From Macrostomum lignano (taxonomy: Eukaryota), in the NCBI GenBank assembly GCA_002269645.1, contig NIVC01000150.1:124001-188000 (forward strand): 64,000 bases of DNA. The letters run 5' to 3'. Below the pieces are notes generated by a model. The model searched no databases. It worked only from the letters and a program-made list of their open reading frames with translations, and was not told the DNA's origin. Position 1 is the first letter of the stretch. Each line of letters opens with the position of its first letter. This document shows, one piece after another, positions 23,869-36,206 of this stretch. Made by a program: the position numbers and the translations under genes.

Positions 23869-26800
23869 CAGCTGTGTTAGGCTGCAGTTTTTATTATTGA
23901 AGTATGCCTGGCCTTAGTTTTAGCTAATGCTAAAATAGATATTGCATGACATTGCTACTATATATGGAGGGGAGAGAGGATGGCCAGGGGGAATAAAGAA
24001 GAGAGAAGAGAGATCCAAGAAAGGACAGGAAAGGAGAGAAGAGGAAAGGAGAGAAGAGGAAAGGAGAGAAGAGGAGAGAAAAAGAGAAGAGTGCTACAAT
24101 CTAATATAAGTACATTACCATTGACACAACTCATTGAAAAAAAGCATGCATATTTCAAAACCAGTTGCTTAGCAACATTCAATTACAACAGTATAAAGGG
24201 GATTTCTAAAAGAATGATTAACAATGATAAAGCATTATTTTATTAATTACTTAATTTGATAATTATATTTTAACTATTGAAAATCACAAAAATAACTTTT
24301 GAAACAAATGATTATGAAACTTACTACCAAAATAGATGATCCCAAAAGATAAAATGATTATCATTGAACTGACTATTATCAAAGTAACTATAATTTATAT
24401 CAAAAGTGACATATACAAAAGAAAATTCCTATGTATAAATAGACACAAAGTGCTCAATCGAATTTTGTACAGCTCTTAGTGTTTCAAAAGTAGAACCTAG
24501 AGATATCTTACATAGGTTGCCCTAAATAGATCTAATTGAAAATTCCCAATGAAAGACAACCAACAAAAAAACTGGAAAATTAGAAAATGTCTAAAAATAA
24601 AAAATAATAATATAAATTTTTTAAGAAAAAGAGACTTTCTAAGATAAAAATATTCTATATACATTTCTATGGGAAGGCTTCTATATGTTAGAATTTTCTT
24701 AATAAAAGGATATTAGCTTGTGAGTATAGGCCTAGTACTTATTGCCCATAGTTTGGATCATATATTAGTATACGCTAGGTTTAATGCCAGAAAAATGATG
24801 AGACCTCATTTGTATGCCAGGTTTGTATGCCAATAAAAAAATTGTCATTTGACACAGTAGGCCTACATTTTCTATGTCATATATATAGGGATATACCCTG
24901 ATATATACTGAAAAATTGTAAGAAAAAGAGCCTTGTTGTATGCCAGGAAATCTTGATGTATATGTTGCCTTAAAAACTATGGCTTATAGCAATGACTGAA
25001 ATTCAAGGATGGAATCTTTGTATAACAATTTTGAAACAAAAAGTTATATACATTTTTGCACAAGTTAAATGCACAACAGCATAAGTTTTTTACACTATTT
25101 TGAGACTAACTTTTTTATAGGTTTTCTATATAAAGTTTTAATGAATACTGTGGTAGTCTGGCCTACCACTAAGTCTTTTTGACTGTTTATTTTTTGCATT
25201 AATTTTCTATGAAACCATTTCCCTCCCTCTTCAATGACAAAATTTTGTTGTCATTGCCTGTCCCATCGTTTGTCTCCCCCTGTCCTGTCCCTGTTCCCGT
25301 GGCTGTTCCCCTTGTTGCCCCATCCTGTGTTTTTCTGTTTTTCACCTGTTTTTCTGCGAGAATCCTTGGGTTGACCCCTCCTATAGGCACCTTTTCCCTT
25401 GGTTGACCCGCTCGCTGCCCTACTGGTTGTACCAGTGGCCGGCACTGCTTGTTGTTATTATTTATATGGCCATCCTGGCCCCCTTTATGGCATACTTTTT
25501 CTTCTTCCTCCTTTTCCATTTTCCTTGTTTTTTTTTGCTCTTTGTTCGTGTTTTGTGCTCTCTCTCTAGCATTTTTACTTAAACCTTAATAGCAACCACC
25601 GTTAATTAAATTTACTAATTGTTCCGCACCTTGGCACAGCCAGATTACCCTCTTTTGTAGCTAAAATATCTGTTGGCAAAATAATAAATAATTTGGTGAC
25701 CTGCTCTCTACTTAATTTCACTAATCTATTGAAGTCCTTAATAGTTTATCTTGAGTTATTTGCCCATGGGGCATTAAACTACCAAATCAATTTCATCTCC
25801 AAACAAGCTCTGAGATCTCAATGTTTTATAATATGTAAATTATAGTGGTAGCAGCACTACACTACTAAAAGTAAACAATTTGGAAAACTCAGAAAATGAA
25901 ATTGTGGTATCTAGATCATTGAGTCTACCATCTAAACGACCATGCTTGCTCAAGACCGCTAAACTACAATTATGACTACCCTCCTCTGGAATTGAGGACC
26001 TGGATAATTGAGTATCCAGAGGAGAAAGCAATTTGAGTTTTGTAGTGACAATTTCTGGCTTTATGAGTGCCAAGACAACACAGGCAGCAATTCAAACATT
26101 AGAAACTGCCACGACCATGCCCCCCACTTTTCTTCTCCACCCCACCTCAATACCTAAAAATAAATTTTATAACCATTTTTAGTGCTAGGCTTAGTATAAT
26201 TTTTATTTATTTTGCTTTTTTAATTCAATAATTTTATATTTACTAAATTAATAAGCAAAATTTTCAAATGTTGATATGGGCCTAATTATAAATATTTTGT
26301 CAATTAGAAAATAAAATACCTTTATATATAATTATTATACAACAAATTTAGAGTTGTGTAGGCCTTATATAAGTTTAACAAAAAATATATTTATGCAAGT
26401 TTTTGTCAATGTGAATAGTATGCATACAGGATTCTGTATAAAAACTTTATCTTGATATACAATATAGTAGGCCTAGGCCTAATCTTTTATTATATAATAT
26501 ATATACTAGATAAATTGGAAATTTGTACTTGATATAAAATATCAAAAGGCAATAAGCAGGCACAGCCATAGGGTATATACTATATATTATATATCTTATA
26601 GTCATATAGGCTTTTCATATTACTAATTCTAGACCTAGAATTATATTGATTCAAAGCTTTTATTAATGTCTGTTCTATTTTTAGAATCAATTCCAGAACT
26701 ATAATCTAATTTTGAAATTTAGCTCAAGAAATTTTCTTAATCTTGTTATATTTCCATGGAAACAATAGGAGTAAATAGTCTAGGCCTAGGCGGCATAGGC

Positions 26801-28276
26801 GCCACCTAATTTGAAATAACATTATAAATATTTCAAAAAGAATACTGGTTTTTCAATTTTTGATAAAAAGTTATTGAATTTTGAGAAGTAATGTAATTAG
26901 ACAGAAATAAAATAAAAGATTCAAAGCTTTTCATTTTTGTAACAATTCTGAATCCTGATTCTAGAATAAGGAATTAGAATTATTCTGGTTCTGGAACCAA
27001 TCTTTGTGAAAAAAGTGTAATATAGGCCCTATGCCCTATGGCTATACTACAATAAAAAACTTTTTAAAGTTTTTTTGCCGAATTTATTTTAAATAAAATC
27101 GGCAAACCCTGGCCTGAACGCTACATCTGTCTGGCAAAGCCTCTACATCTCGTATCTGACTTTTGTCAAGTTGGAATTGGAACTTGACAAAAGCAATCTC
27201 GCCTGCTCAATCTTCTCTCTTCTTATGCTCACCCATATCCCTAATATTCCTATATGTGACTTTATGTCTTTATCAGTTGCTTAGCACACTTTGCTTTACT
27301 GAAACTGAATATTTATCATGTCATCCAATGCTTTGAAAAATTACGCGGTATACAAAGCTTTTTTTGCCGTCTTTCTTTGGTCGCGTTCACGCACTAATTA
27401 GTAATTACAAGTTGCACCTGACTTCATTTGCCTTAGTCAAAGTATGCAGCTTGTAAAGACCTGCTCTTCTATTTTAGTTAGCATATACTGATAAGCTAGG
27501 AGGACAAAGTAACTAAGTAAGTACAGTACAGTCAGGTTCAATGGCCAAAGTTCATTTAAGAAGAGAGCCGCGAGGCATGCGGATTTCTTTCCTTGAAAAA
27601 AATAGAAATTTAAATCTTTAACCTGGCAGAATAACAATTGTCTTTAAATATAATAAAGTAACTTTCTAAAATGTTTATTGAACAGTTGTAAATGAGTAAA
27701 AAGTAGAATTTATAAATACATTTTAATAAGAAATGCCTAATATAAAAATAAATTTAAAATAAAAATTGGTAAACGGCGATAATTCAATTATTGTATTCGT
27801 TGTGCTTCGCGCGCGCGGCTAAAACTGTCTAACATAGAAAGACAACCGTGATCCAAAAGTAGTGCTTTCGATATGATAACTTCTCATTACTTTCAAGTCT
27901 AATTCATCATCTATTTTATTATACATTTACTTTTTTTATCTTACCTATATGGCTGTCTCTACAAAACTTTTACTCTTAGTAGTTGCTCTAGTTCATGTAA
28001 GGTAATGTTTATTGCATAAAAATAGTTCAGTCAGTAGGCCTAGTTATTAGGCCTATGTAAAGTTCTCAGCATATATTTTGAATTTATAGCATTTTAGATA
28101 AGGATAACCACAGTTTTTATGCACTAAAGCTCTAAATATTTTAGTTAATAATCCCTATATACATTACAAAATAAGTTTTAAAAGGCCTATCTTGCTATTT
28201 CTAGTAGGCCTATGCTATATTATTATTGAATTAAAAAACATAGAAAAATTCTAATACAAAAGGGGGTTAGACAATT

Positions 28277-29149
28277 CAGTGTTGCCACCACTGCAATTTT
28301 TAATTGCTCAGTGATTATTTTGTCCATTTTGCTCGTTTCCTGCAATTTTTTATGGATACCAATCCTTTCAACTTTTTATCAAGTACTGTGTTTCATTTTG
28401 TGCTCAATTTAAGTGTCATGAATGTCATCAATATAGCATGAGGCGAGGCTGTGCAAGCCTCCAGTTTTGAAGCTTGACAAAAGTAGATTGAGCATGCTGC
28501 AGTCAAGCGAGCTCTGAAGAAAGCTGCTGACAAAACAGCTTGGCAAAAGAGACAGGCTGAGTTCGGCGCTTGATCTGTCCTACCAAAGGTTCCAAAGAAA
28601 AAATGAACATCCATTGAAGAGCCTGTAGTTTTGCCTGACTAACGGTTGACTAGCAAAATAAGATTCATGTAAAAGTATTTCTTCCCATATAGTTTCCAAC
28701 ATTGATTAACAATTAAAATATTAAAAGAATTCATTTCAGCTATATAGAATTAAGAACAGATTCAGACAACTGGAATATAGCACAAAATTTAGTTGTAAAA
28801 TTGTTATTACTCATCAATGGTCATATTATCTTATGTTTTAGTTGGTTGCTTAGGTCGGTTCATAATGAACATCAGTAATCTATATTATATGTATGCCTGT
28901 CTTCCCTTAAGAAAATGCTTGTGTTGTATAACTACTTCACTGATTTGGCGTAAATGAGAGTTGCATGTAGTTGTTGCAAATTGTAGTAGTTCTTTTTTGT
29001 CAAATAGATGGAACTAAAAATGGAAAGCTAAAAAAGAAAGTTGTTTTCGCATACTAGCACCTTTTTCTCGATGACAAAAAAGAAATTTGTTCCTGTGATG
29101 TTTTTCTTATCTTGCAATAATTTCTTTGGTTGTTGTAGTGGCAACACTG
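28277..29149. mobile_element. Non-autonomous hAT-like element, 873 bp
   Basis: 12-bp TIR CAGTGTTGCCAC / GTGGCAACACTG. Flanks TTAGACAATT (left) and TTAGACAT (right) suggest an 8-bp TSD with a 2-nt indel. A decayed reading frame lies inside. Confidence 0.5.
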
Positions 29150-30307
29150 TTAGACATGTTCTGCACTAGACATGCTCCATGCTGGCGCATTCTGGCATAA
29201 TAGCCATAGTCTGGATCATGTTGGGTGCACACCCAAAAAACAAATAATTAAAAATGCATGCCAAAAATTGAGTGCATGCCCATTCTCAAAACTATACTAG
29301 TGTTGCAACAATAAAAGATTTGTTTTATGTTGTGACAATAAATGACCTTTTTGAATTAAGGACCCTTTTTGATAAATAATTACGTTTATTTTTATGCTTT
29401 GTTTGACAATACTATTTATAGTAGAAAATTGATACATGCAAAGATTTGTTTAAATGCTTTGTTATAAGCTTAAAAAACATAGAAAGCTTAAAATTTATAT
29501 TAAGAATTAACATTTTTTTTCTACTTTATAATAACTTCTCCACATGATTTTATGAAATATATGCCAGATATGCATGCACACTATTTTATTAGGAGTGATG
29601 CACGTCAACTGTGTATGCCTACTTTTGGCATCTAAAGCCAATGCATGCCCAAATTTTTAGGCATATACTACATAATCTAAATTGTGATAAAACAGTAGGC
29701 AAGGAAAAAAATCTAGCTTAGTATAGTGCAAGACAAAAAATTAGTAAAAAAAACTATTTTTACAGATAGAAAATTTGCATATAATTTCTTTTTATTAATA
29801 CTATTTTATTTGCAAATATGGCTTTCTTAAAAAAATATGTTAACATTGCATTTTCTATGAAATTGATTCAAATACAAGTTTTATAGGTATTTTTCAAATG
29901 GATAACACAGATTCTTGTTTTTTTTATTTCTTTTAAAAAAGTTCTAGCATAGCACACAGTGCAAATATACGTATTTATTCACGGTGCTACCATAGTCGGA
30001 AAATTGCTAAAACAATTCATCGGAAAAGTTATTTGTCACAATTGATACTCAAATTAGTAAGGATTCCTTTGAAGAAAAAATAAAAATCGTAGTTGTTCAT
30101 TTTAGCTCAAAAAGTGCTATTTTCAGTTTTTACCATAGATGAATTAATAAAAAAGCAAAGTATCACCGTACTGTTTAGAAATCAATTTGATTGAGTCCAG
30201 GATCAAAGGCAAGCATTAAAAAACATGTTACTGATATTCATCAATGATTGGTTGATGCCTAAAAGCTACACATTTGACTTGGATGGGCCTACCACAAGAG
30301 AGTCTTA

Positions 30308-30438
30308 AGGCCCATTCACACCGCCGTCAAACGAGACCAAATTTCAAGTGATCACACGACATTTGCATAGTTTTTCATCCCTTTGTACGTAAGTCATGTG
30401 AGTATGGTTGCTTGTTTGATGGCGTTGTGAATGAGCCT
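30308..30438. mobile_element. PIF/Harbinger-type MITE, 131 bp, nested in the Chapaev-like element
   Basis: 25-bp TIR AGGCCCATTCACACCGCCGTCAAAC / GTTTGATGGCGTTGTGAATGAGCCT (3 mismatches), with TTA on both sides (30305-07, 30439-41). Confidence 0.8.
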
Positions 30439-30830
30439 TTATACTCGTACTCACCCTGTTTGGATGAGTCACTAGTTCAGATCCACCCAGCCCACCCAGA
30501 CCCAAAGCTTTACCCTCAGCCAATCCCTCCACCATTCTACATACGTAGGTAAGCACTCGTACGCTGTGGCTTGCTCTCTCTCTTCCTGAGCTGTACATAC
30601 AAAGTATGATATTGTACATTGGTGTGTGCTCTTTGCACCAAGCACTCGCCAAACCACCCTCAGTCTTGTAATGCCATCGTGCTCATTTATGTTTTTCATC
30701 AATATAAACGTCAAACCTCAAACGTAAGGAGGTCCCATTTGAAGAGGTTTTGTTGTCCAACTCTGTCTAAAAGTGTTTCATCCAAACATTTAGTTGCAAC
30801 GATTGTGCTTGTGTGTACACAGTTTTTGTC

Positions 30831-32854
30831 ATGCCACTGTCACACAAGATTGCCTCAATCGGATCTGCATTTTGTGCTTTTCGAAGGCAAAAGAGTTGCA
30901 ATCCGTTACGCCCTGGATGCTGGCCATCATCAATCAGCACAGTGGCTGGCTCTACGATCTGCACGATAATCGCGTTCCTAAGGCAATTTGTGGCACGTGC
31001 AGATTCGCTCTGCAGCAGCTGGAGAAGGGCCAACGGGCTGATGTGCCACCGATGTATGACTTCAGGGATGTGCAGCCACTGCCGGTGACCCGATCAGTGG
31101 GCCAAGATCAATGCGACTGTAAGATCTGCAGCACTGCCAGATGCAGAGTCCATCCTCCAGAAGCCAACGTCCCAAAGCGGTCTGTTGGGCGGCCAAGTTT
31201 GACGGTGGACGAGGCTACAACGCCCAAGCCCAAAATGGTCAAGGTCTGCTCCTTCTGCATCAGTCCTATTGGCAGGGGCAAGCCGCACACATGCAACAGA
31301 CTCACAAGACTGCAGAATGCGCATGCCCTGTTGCAGGAAGCGTCCCCGGAATTCCCAGAGCGGCTCGCCACAACAATTGTGCGGCAGAAACTTATTACTT
31401 CAGGCTCCGGAGACACAGCCTCGGGCATCACCGTGCTGGCATCCAACGCTGGACCCTCAATGAGGCTGGCCGTGAATCTGCCGCCTCCGAAGCCAACAGC
31501 AGTCTTCACGGCGGATAATATGCGTCATCTGCAAGGTGAGCTGGGCCTCAGTTCGCGCAAAATGGAGGTTGTACTTAGAAATCTTTGGTCTTCGATTGGC
31601 GCCTCAGCTGTCCAGAGCAACATCCGGCAGACATTGAGGGAGATGGATCACGAACTGGATGACCTCTTCCAAGCAAAGCAGCTGGCGTTTATCCGAGAAG
31701 AGAGGGGAAGGCAGACTCCAGCTGAGCAGTGGGCCGTTGTCTGCACTGATGTGGTCAAGCTCCTGGGCTGCATGATTGCAAACCGCCGGCTGATGGATGT
31801 TGCTTCCACAGTCGTCAGAATTGGAATCGATGGTGGAGGTGGGTTCTTGAAGCTCTCGATATCCGTTTTTGACCTGTGCGTGTGTGCTGGTGAGGAGCAG
31901 CAGAAGGGGGCTGATCGCCGATTCCTCGACACTGGCGTGCATCGGGCCGTCATCCTTGGCATCGCTCCCAACACGCAGGAGAACCACAGGAACCTGGAGT
32001 GTTTCTGGGAGAGCTGCCGCCTGCAGCTTCTGTCGGCGAACATCAGCATCGCGTGCGACCTGAAGCTTGCCAACATCCTGCTCGGCTTGATGGCCCACAG
32101 CAGCTCGCATCCCTGCACCTGGTGCAACGTCAATAAAGGGAGCCTTGACAGCTGCGGCGAGCCAAGGACCTTTGGCAGCCTCAGTGAGAAATACCAGGCC
32201 TACCTGGCTGCTGGTGGTGAACGCCAACTAGCTAAGCACTTCGATAACGTCGTCCAGCCCAGCATCTTTTCCGCTGGAGTTGAAGTCCCGGTGTTGCACA
32301 TTGTCCCTCCGCCGGAGCTGCACCTGCTGACCGGTGCGGTCCATGTACTGTACGAGGGTCTGCATGGTGTGTGGCCCGAGAGCGAAGCTTGGCTTACAGC
32401 TTGCAATGTCCAACATGACAAGCATCACGGTGGCAGCTTCACTGGCAATGCGAGCCGCAAGTTGCTGCGCAACGTGGACCTGCTAGAAGCAATGTGCCCG
32501 ATGGCAGCGCTGCCATTTGTTGCCGCCCTTCGAGCGTTGAACTCGGTCGTGGTGTCATGCTTCGGGAGTGAGCTGCGTCCCAATTTCGAGCAGGCGATTC
32601 AGGAATTTCGCACCAGTTATGCCGATCTCGGCATTTCCATCAGTCCAAAAATCCACGCGATTTTACACCACGTTGGTGACTTCTGCCGCGCCAAAGACAA
32701 AACAGGCCTGGGGCCATGGAGCGAACAATGCACAGAGTCGATGCACAGAGACTTCCTCCTGCATTGGGAGAGATACAAGGTGGCGAGCACGCATCCTCTC
32801 TTCGCTGAAAGGCTCCTGGCAGCTGTGCGGTGTTACAACAGTCACCATTTGTGA
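30831..32854 (+). CDS. Chapaev-type DDE transposase with N-terminal Cys/His zinc-binding (Chapa-like) region; 1-bp frameshift at 30845-30847
   Basis: H-x7-C-x2-C...P-x2-I-C-x2-C...C-x2-C N-terminus. Core motifs GIDGGG, ACDLK, HPCTWC, PPELHLLTG, FTGNASRKLL, KIHAILHHV, LGPWSEQCTES, colinear with RAG1/Transib-type cores as recalled. Confidence 0.85.
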
Positions 32855-33088
32855 GCGTTTTGTGGAAAGTGCGAATCCAGAACTGCAACAGTTGAACTGC
32901 AACGAAAGTATTGGACAGTTATGAAGTCAGAAAATTTAGTAGCACAATTTTTCGACCCACTCAGTTATTGTAGTCAAAACCTCCAGGAAAATCAACCCGC
33001 TAAATGTCCCCTTTGAAGTCTATATATTAAATTGCAATTGTAACGATTCTAATTTGAATTGTAAGGTAATACAAAACCTTGTACGATA

Positions 33089-33220
33089 GGGGTGCTTTCA
33101 CAAACCCGAAATTTCATAGCATCAAAAACATATTCACATGGTTTGGGGTTATATATTAAGGTGAAAGAATATAAAAAATAATTTTTATGTTGTAAAATTT
33201 GGGGTTTGTGAAATGCCACA
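33089..33220. mobile_element. Second MITE-like inverted repeat in the 3' non-coding part of the Chapaev-like element
   Basis: TTTCACAAACCCGAAATTT (33096) vs AAATTTGGGGTTTGTGAAA (ending 33213), 18/19 match, extending imperfectly to about 35 bp. Ends and TSD are unclear. Confidence 0.5.
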
Positions 33221-35024
33221 GCACCATGCTGCTTTGAGTTGTTTTACTTCATGTAAGACAGTGTGCTAAGCTTCGAGTAGATTTAAAATATGCATACAAT
33301 ATAATATTCATGGACTTGCTGAAAAAAATTGTGAATTTGTTTCGATTTAAATTGTAATAACTCTTCTTTAATACGCATATTGACAACAATTTGAAAGAAT
33401 TCAATTACATTGCAGTAAATTTCCAATATAATCTATGGTAAAAACAGAAAATTGTTTTTTAAGCTAAAACGAACGAGTACAATTTTAATTTTTTCTTCCA
33501 TGGAATCCTTAATAACTCGATTGTCAATTGTGACAAATAACTTTTCCGGTGAATTTTTAAAGCAATTTTCCACCTATGGTAGCACCGTGAATAGGAATAG
33601 CTCTAGCTCACAGCACAAGCAAAATTTTTTGATAGGATTTTTTCTAGTACAAGGTGCAATCAGATTTTTTGATAGCATTTGATGGCACAATCAAACTTTT
33701 TTTATAATTTTTTTCCAGTGCAGGTATGCTATTATCTTGACTATGGCATTGGAATTAGTCTTGCTTACCTAATATAAAAAATAGATTGTTTAAATATGTA
33801 TAAAACATAATTTACTTTTAGAAACTAGGTTTTAGACCCAACTAATTTTAAAATAAAATCATTTATATTGAAAAACTGGAAAATCTTTTTTTCAATCAAT
33901 ATTTTAAATATATTTTTTTTCTTTTTTTCTTTTTTTACAATTATTAAAGGATATAAAAAGGTAAGTAATACTAGCAATAATATTTTTAATGCAACTTGCA
34001 ATGAATGTGTAGATCAATATTAATAATAATAATAATAATAATAATATAGATATATATCAAATGTCCAGCAAAAATGGGCCATAGGGTCACTTTCTAAGGT
34101 ATATAGGCTACATCTAGGAATCACCAAGTATGTGCTAGGGCCAAGAGGCATTTTAAGAATGAAGGACATTTTTGGCATTTTGCATTACTCTAACAATGGT
34201 AGCATACTAACAAAACAATCTTGCTATAAGGAGCATACCAAATAACATTGCCAACCTTTGATATTTAGGCCATTCTGTGCATTCTATTAGTATCTCCAAC
34301 AGTCTAGGCATTCTATTAGTATAATAGTCATAATCTGTTAGACTTTATAATAGCCTATACTCTATAATGGCTTATAATAGTTAGTTATTATGTCAGTTTG
34401 ACTATATACATTTGAATATTGTTATATAATCAATATTATATATTATTTACTCTTACTCTTACTTTTTTTACAATCCTTATTTACCAAGCCTATAATTGCT
34501 GTAGCTTCTGCTGCATAGCATCCAATTGACAATAGTAAACTTTGGTTATGATAGTAATGCAATTTTATAAGTACTTCATATGCATTCTTTTATAAAATAT
34601 CTATTATATATGTAAGCATTACCTTGAAATATAGGTCATACTGGTGAATAGTCATTTAAAATCCAGTCTCATGTTTAAGATGAGATTTTCTAAGATAAGA
34701 TGATTCAGTTACATATTTTGTTACATCATTATGCTAAGAATCATAAAATAGATTCATAAAACCAGTGAGCCAAGTTGTGCACCATTCCTTATGATTTTAG
34801 GCACTGAATATACATTTTTATGTATGAATATAAAGTTGACAATAAAATACCAATCTTCTAAACAAAAATATTTACAAATATCAACCAATAGAACTAAAAG
34901 AAAGACAGTGCACATCAAAAGTTTAACAACTGGATCTGCTTCCTATCAAAAGCAATAACAGTTTAGCTCTGAAAAATGAATACCTCCTATCTCCATATTG
35001 CATTTTTGGTACTTAGAATCTCAT

Positions 35025-35400
35025 CTTAGAATCGCCCCATAGAATCCTCCATAGAATCGCCTTTTAGAATCGCCCCATAGAATCGCCTCTTAGAATCGCC
35101 CCATAGAATCGCCCCTTAGAATCACCTCTTAGAATGGCCCCTTAAAATCGCCCCATAGAATCGCCCCTTAGAATCTCTCCGTAGAATCGCCCTTTAGAAT
35201 CGCCCCATAGAATCGCCCCATAGAATCCTCCATAGAATCGCCCCTTAGAATCTCCATATAATCACCCTTTAGAATCGCCCCATAGAATCGCCTCTTAGAA
35301 TCGCCCCATAGAATCGCCGATTAGAATCGCCCCGTAGAATCGCCCCATAGAATCGCCCTGTAGAATCGCCTTTTAAAATCGCCCCATAGAATCGCCTATC
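35025..35400. repeat. 13-bp repeat AGAATCGCCCC(A/T)T; the same repeat recurs at 38745-38915
   Basis: Direct inspection. Confidence 0.9.
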
Positions 35401-35522
35401 TCCATAATGTATTTTTTTCGGTAAAACATGCCTCCTAAAAGTTTCCAAGAAAAATTCAGCTCCAAGAAATTTCTCATCCAATCATATATATATCTGAGAT
35501 GATGGCACTGATTGCAGCCAGA

Positions 35523-35993
35523 ATGAGAGTACTATTCGCTATTGACAGCAGCGAGCACGCCAAACGTGCATTGACTTGGTTTGCCAAACTATACGCCAAT
35601 CGTTTATCGCCTGGCGACACGGCTCTGCTGTTTCTGTTTGTGGCCGAGCCGCCGTCCTTCGGTCCGAGCCTGTCCACGCCGGAGCTGTACGCCGGCGCAA
35701 TCAACGATGCCGTCGCTGAAGGCCGCTCCCTGGCCGTGGAGATCAAGACCACCTGCGCTCGGCTGGGGCTCGCCAGTTTGGCCAATCGGCTGGAATTTCT
35801 CGAACGGCTGGGCCACGGAGCTGGCCCGTCTATAGTTCAGGTGGCTCACGAGGAAGCCGTCGAGCTTATTGTTATGGGTAGCCGCGGCTCCGGCCTACTT
35901 CGGCGCACCTTTCTAGGCAGCGTTAGCGACTACGTGCTGCATCATTCTCATGTGCCTGTGATTGTTGTGCCGCCCCCTGCGGTGCAGCACTAG
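35523..35993 (+). CDS. Universal stress protein (USP family), intronless, 156 aa
   Basis: VLFAIDSSEHAKRAL N-terminus; LIVMGSRGSGLLRRTFLGSVSDYVLHHSHVPVIVVP C-terminal signature. Confidence 0.93.
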   Translation: MRVLFAIDSSEHAKRALTWFAKLYANRLSPGDTALLFLFVAEPPSFGPSLSTPELYAGAINDAVAEGRSLAVEIKTTCARLGLASLANRLEFLERLGHGAGPSIVQVAHEEAVELIVMGSRGSGLLRRTFLGSVSDYVLHHSHVPVIVVPPPAVQH

Positions 35994-36206
35994 TGATGTA
36001 TATAATCATATTGTGTTTAGTTCTATATCGGCAAATATTTCCTTCTTTCTACTATTAGTAGCTTGATAGCTTGAATTTAGGGAATATATAGGATTTAACC
36101 GTGCTACTACCGATTGAGGAAAATTTCTCTCAGCAAGATCAGCAAAACAAATATTTATCAGATATTTAAAGATCCTAAATTATGCGCAAATGATCCTTAA
36201 TCTAAC

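Larger units (their letters stand above)
29980..33589 (+). mobile_element. Chapaev-like (RAG1/Transib-related) DNA transposon, 3610 bp
   Basis: About 88-bp imperfect TIRs beginning CACGGTGCTACCATAG (29980) and ending CTATGGTAGCACCGTG (33589), enclosing one transposase ORF. No direct TSD seen (flanks TATT and AATA). Confidence 0.85.

Noticed and set aside
25199-26100. Short ORFs in the AT-rich block
   Set aside because: Low complexity or interrupted by stops, with no recognisable domain.
29980-33589. ProtoRAG-type two-gene (RAG1L plus RAG2L) transposon
   Set aside because: Only one long ORF lies between the TIRs; no kelch or PHD-like ORF and no 12/23 asymmetry between the ends.
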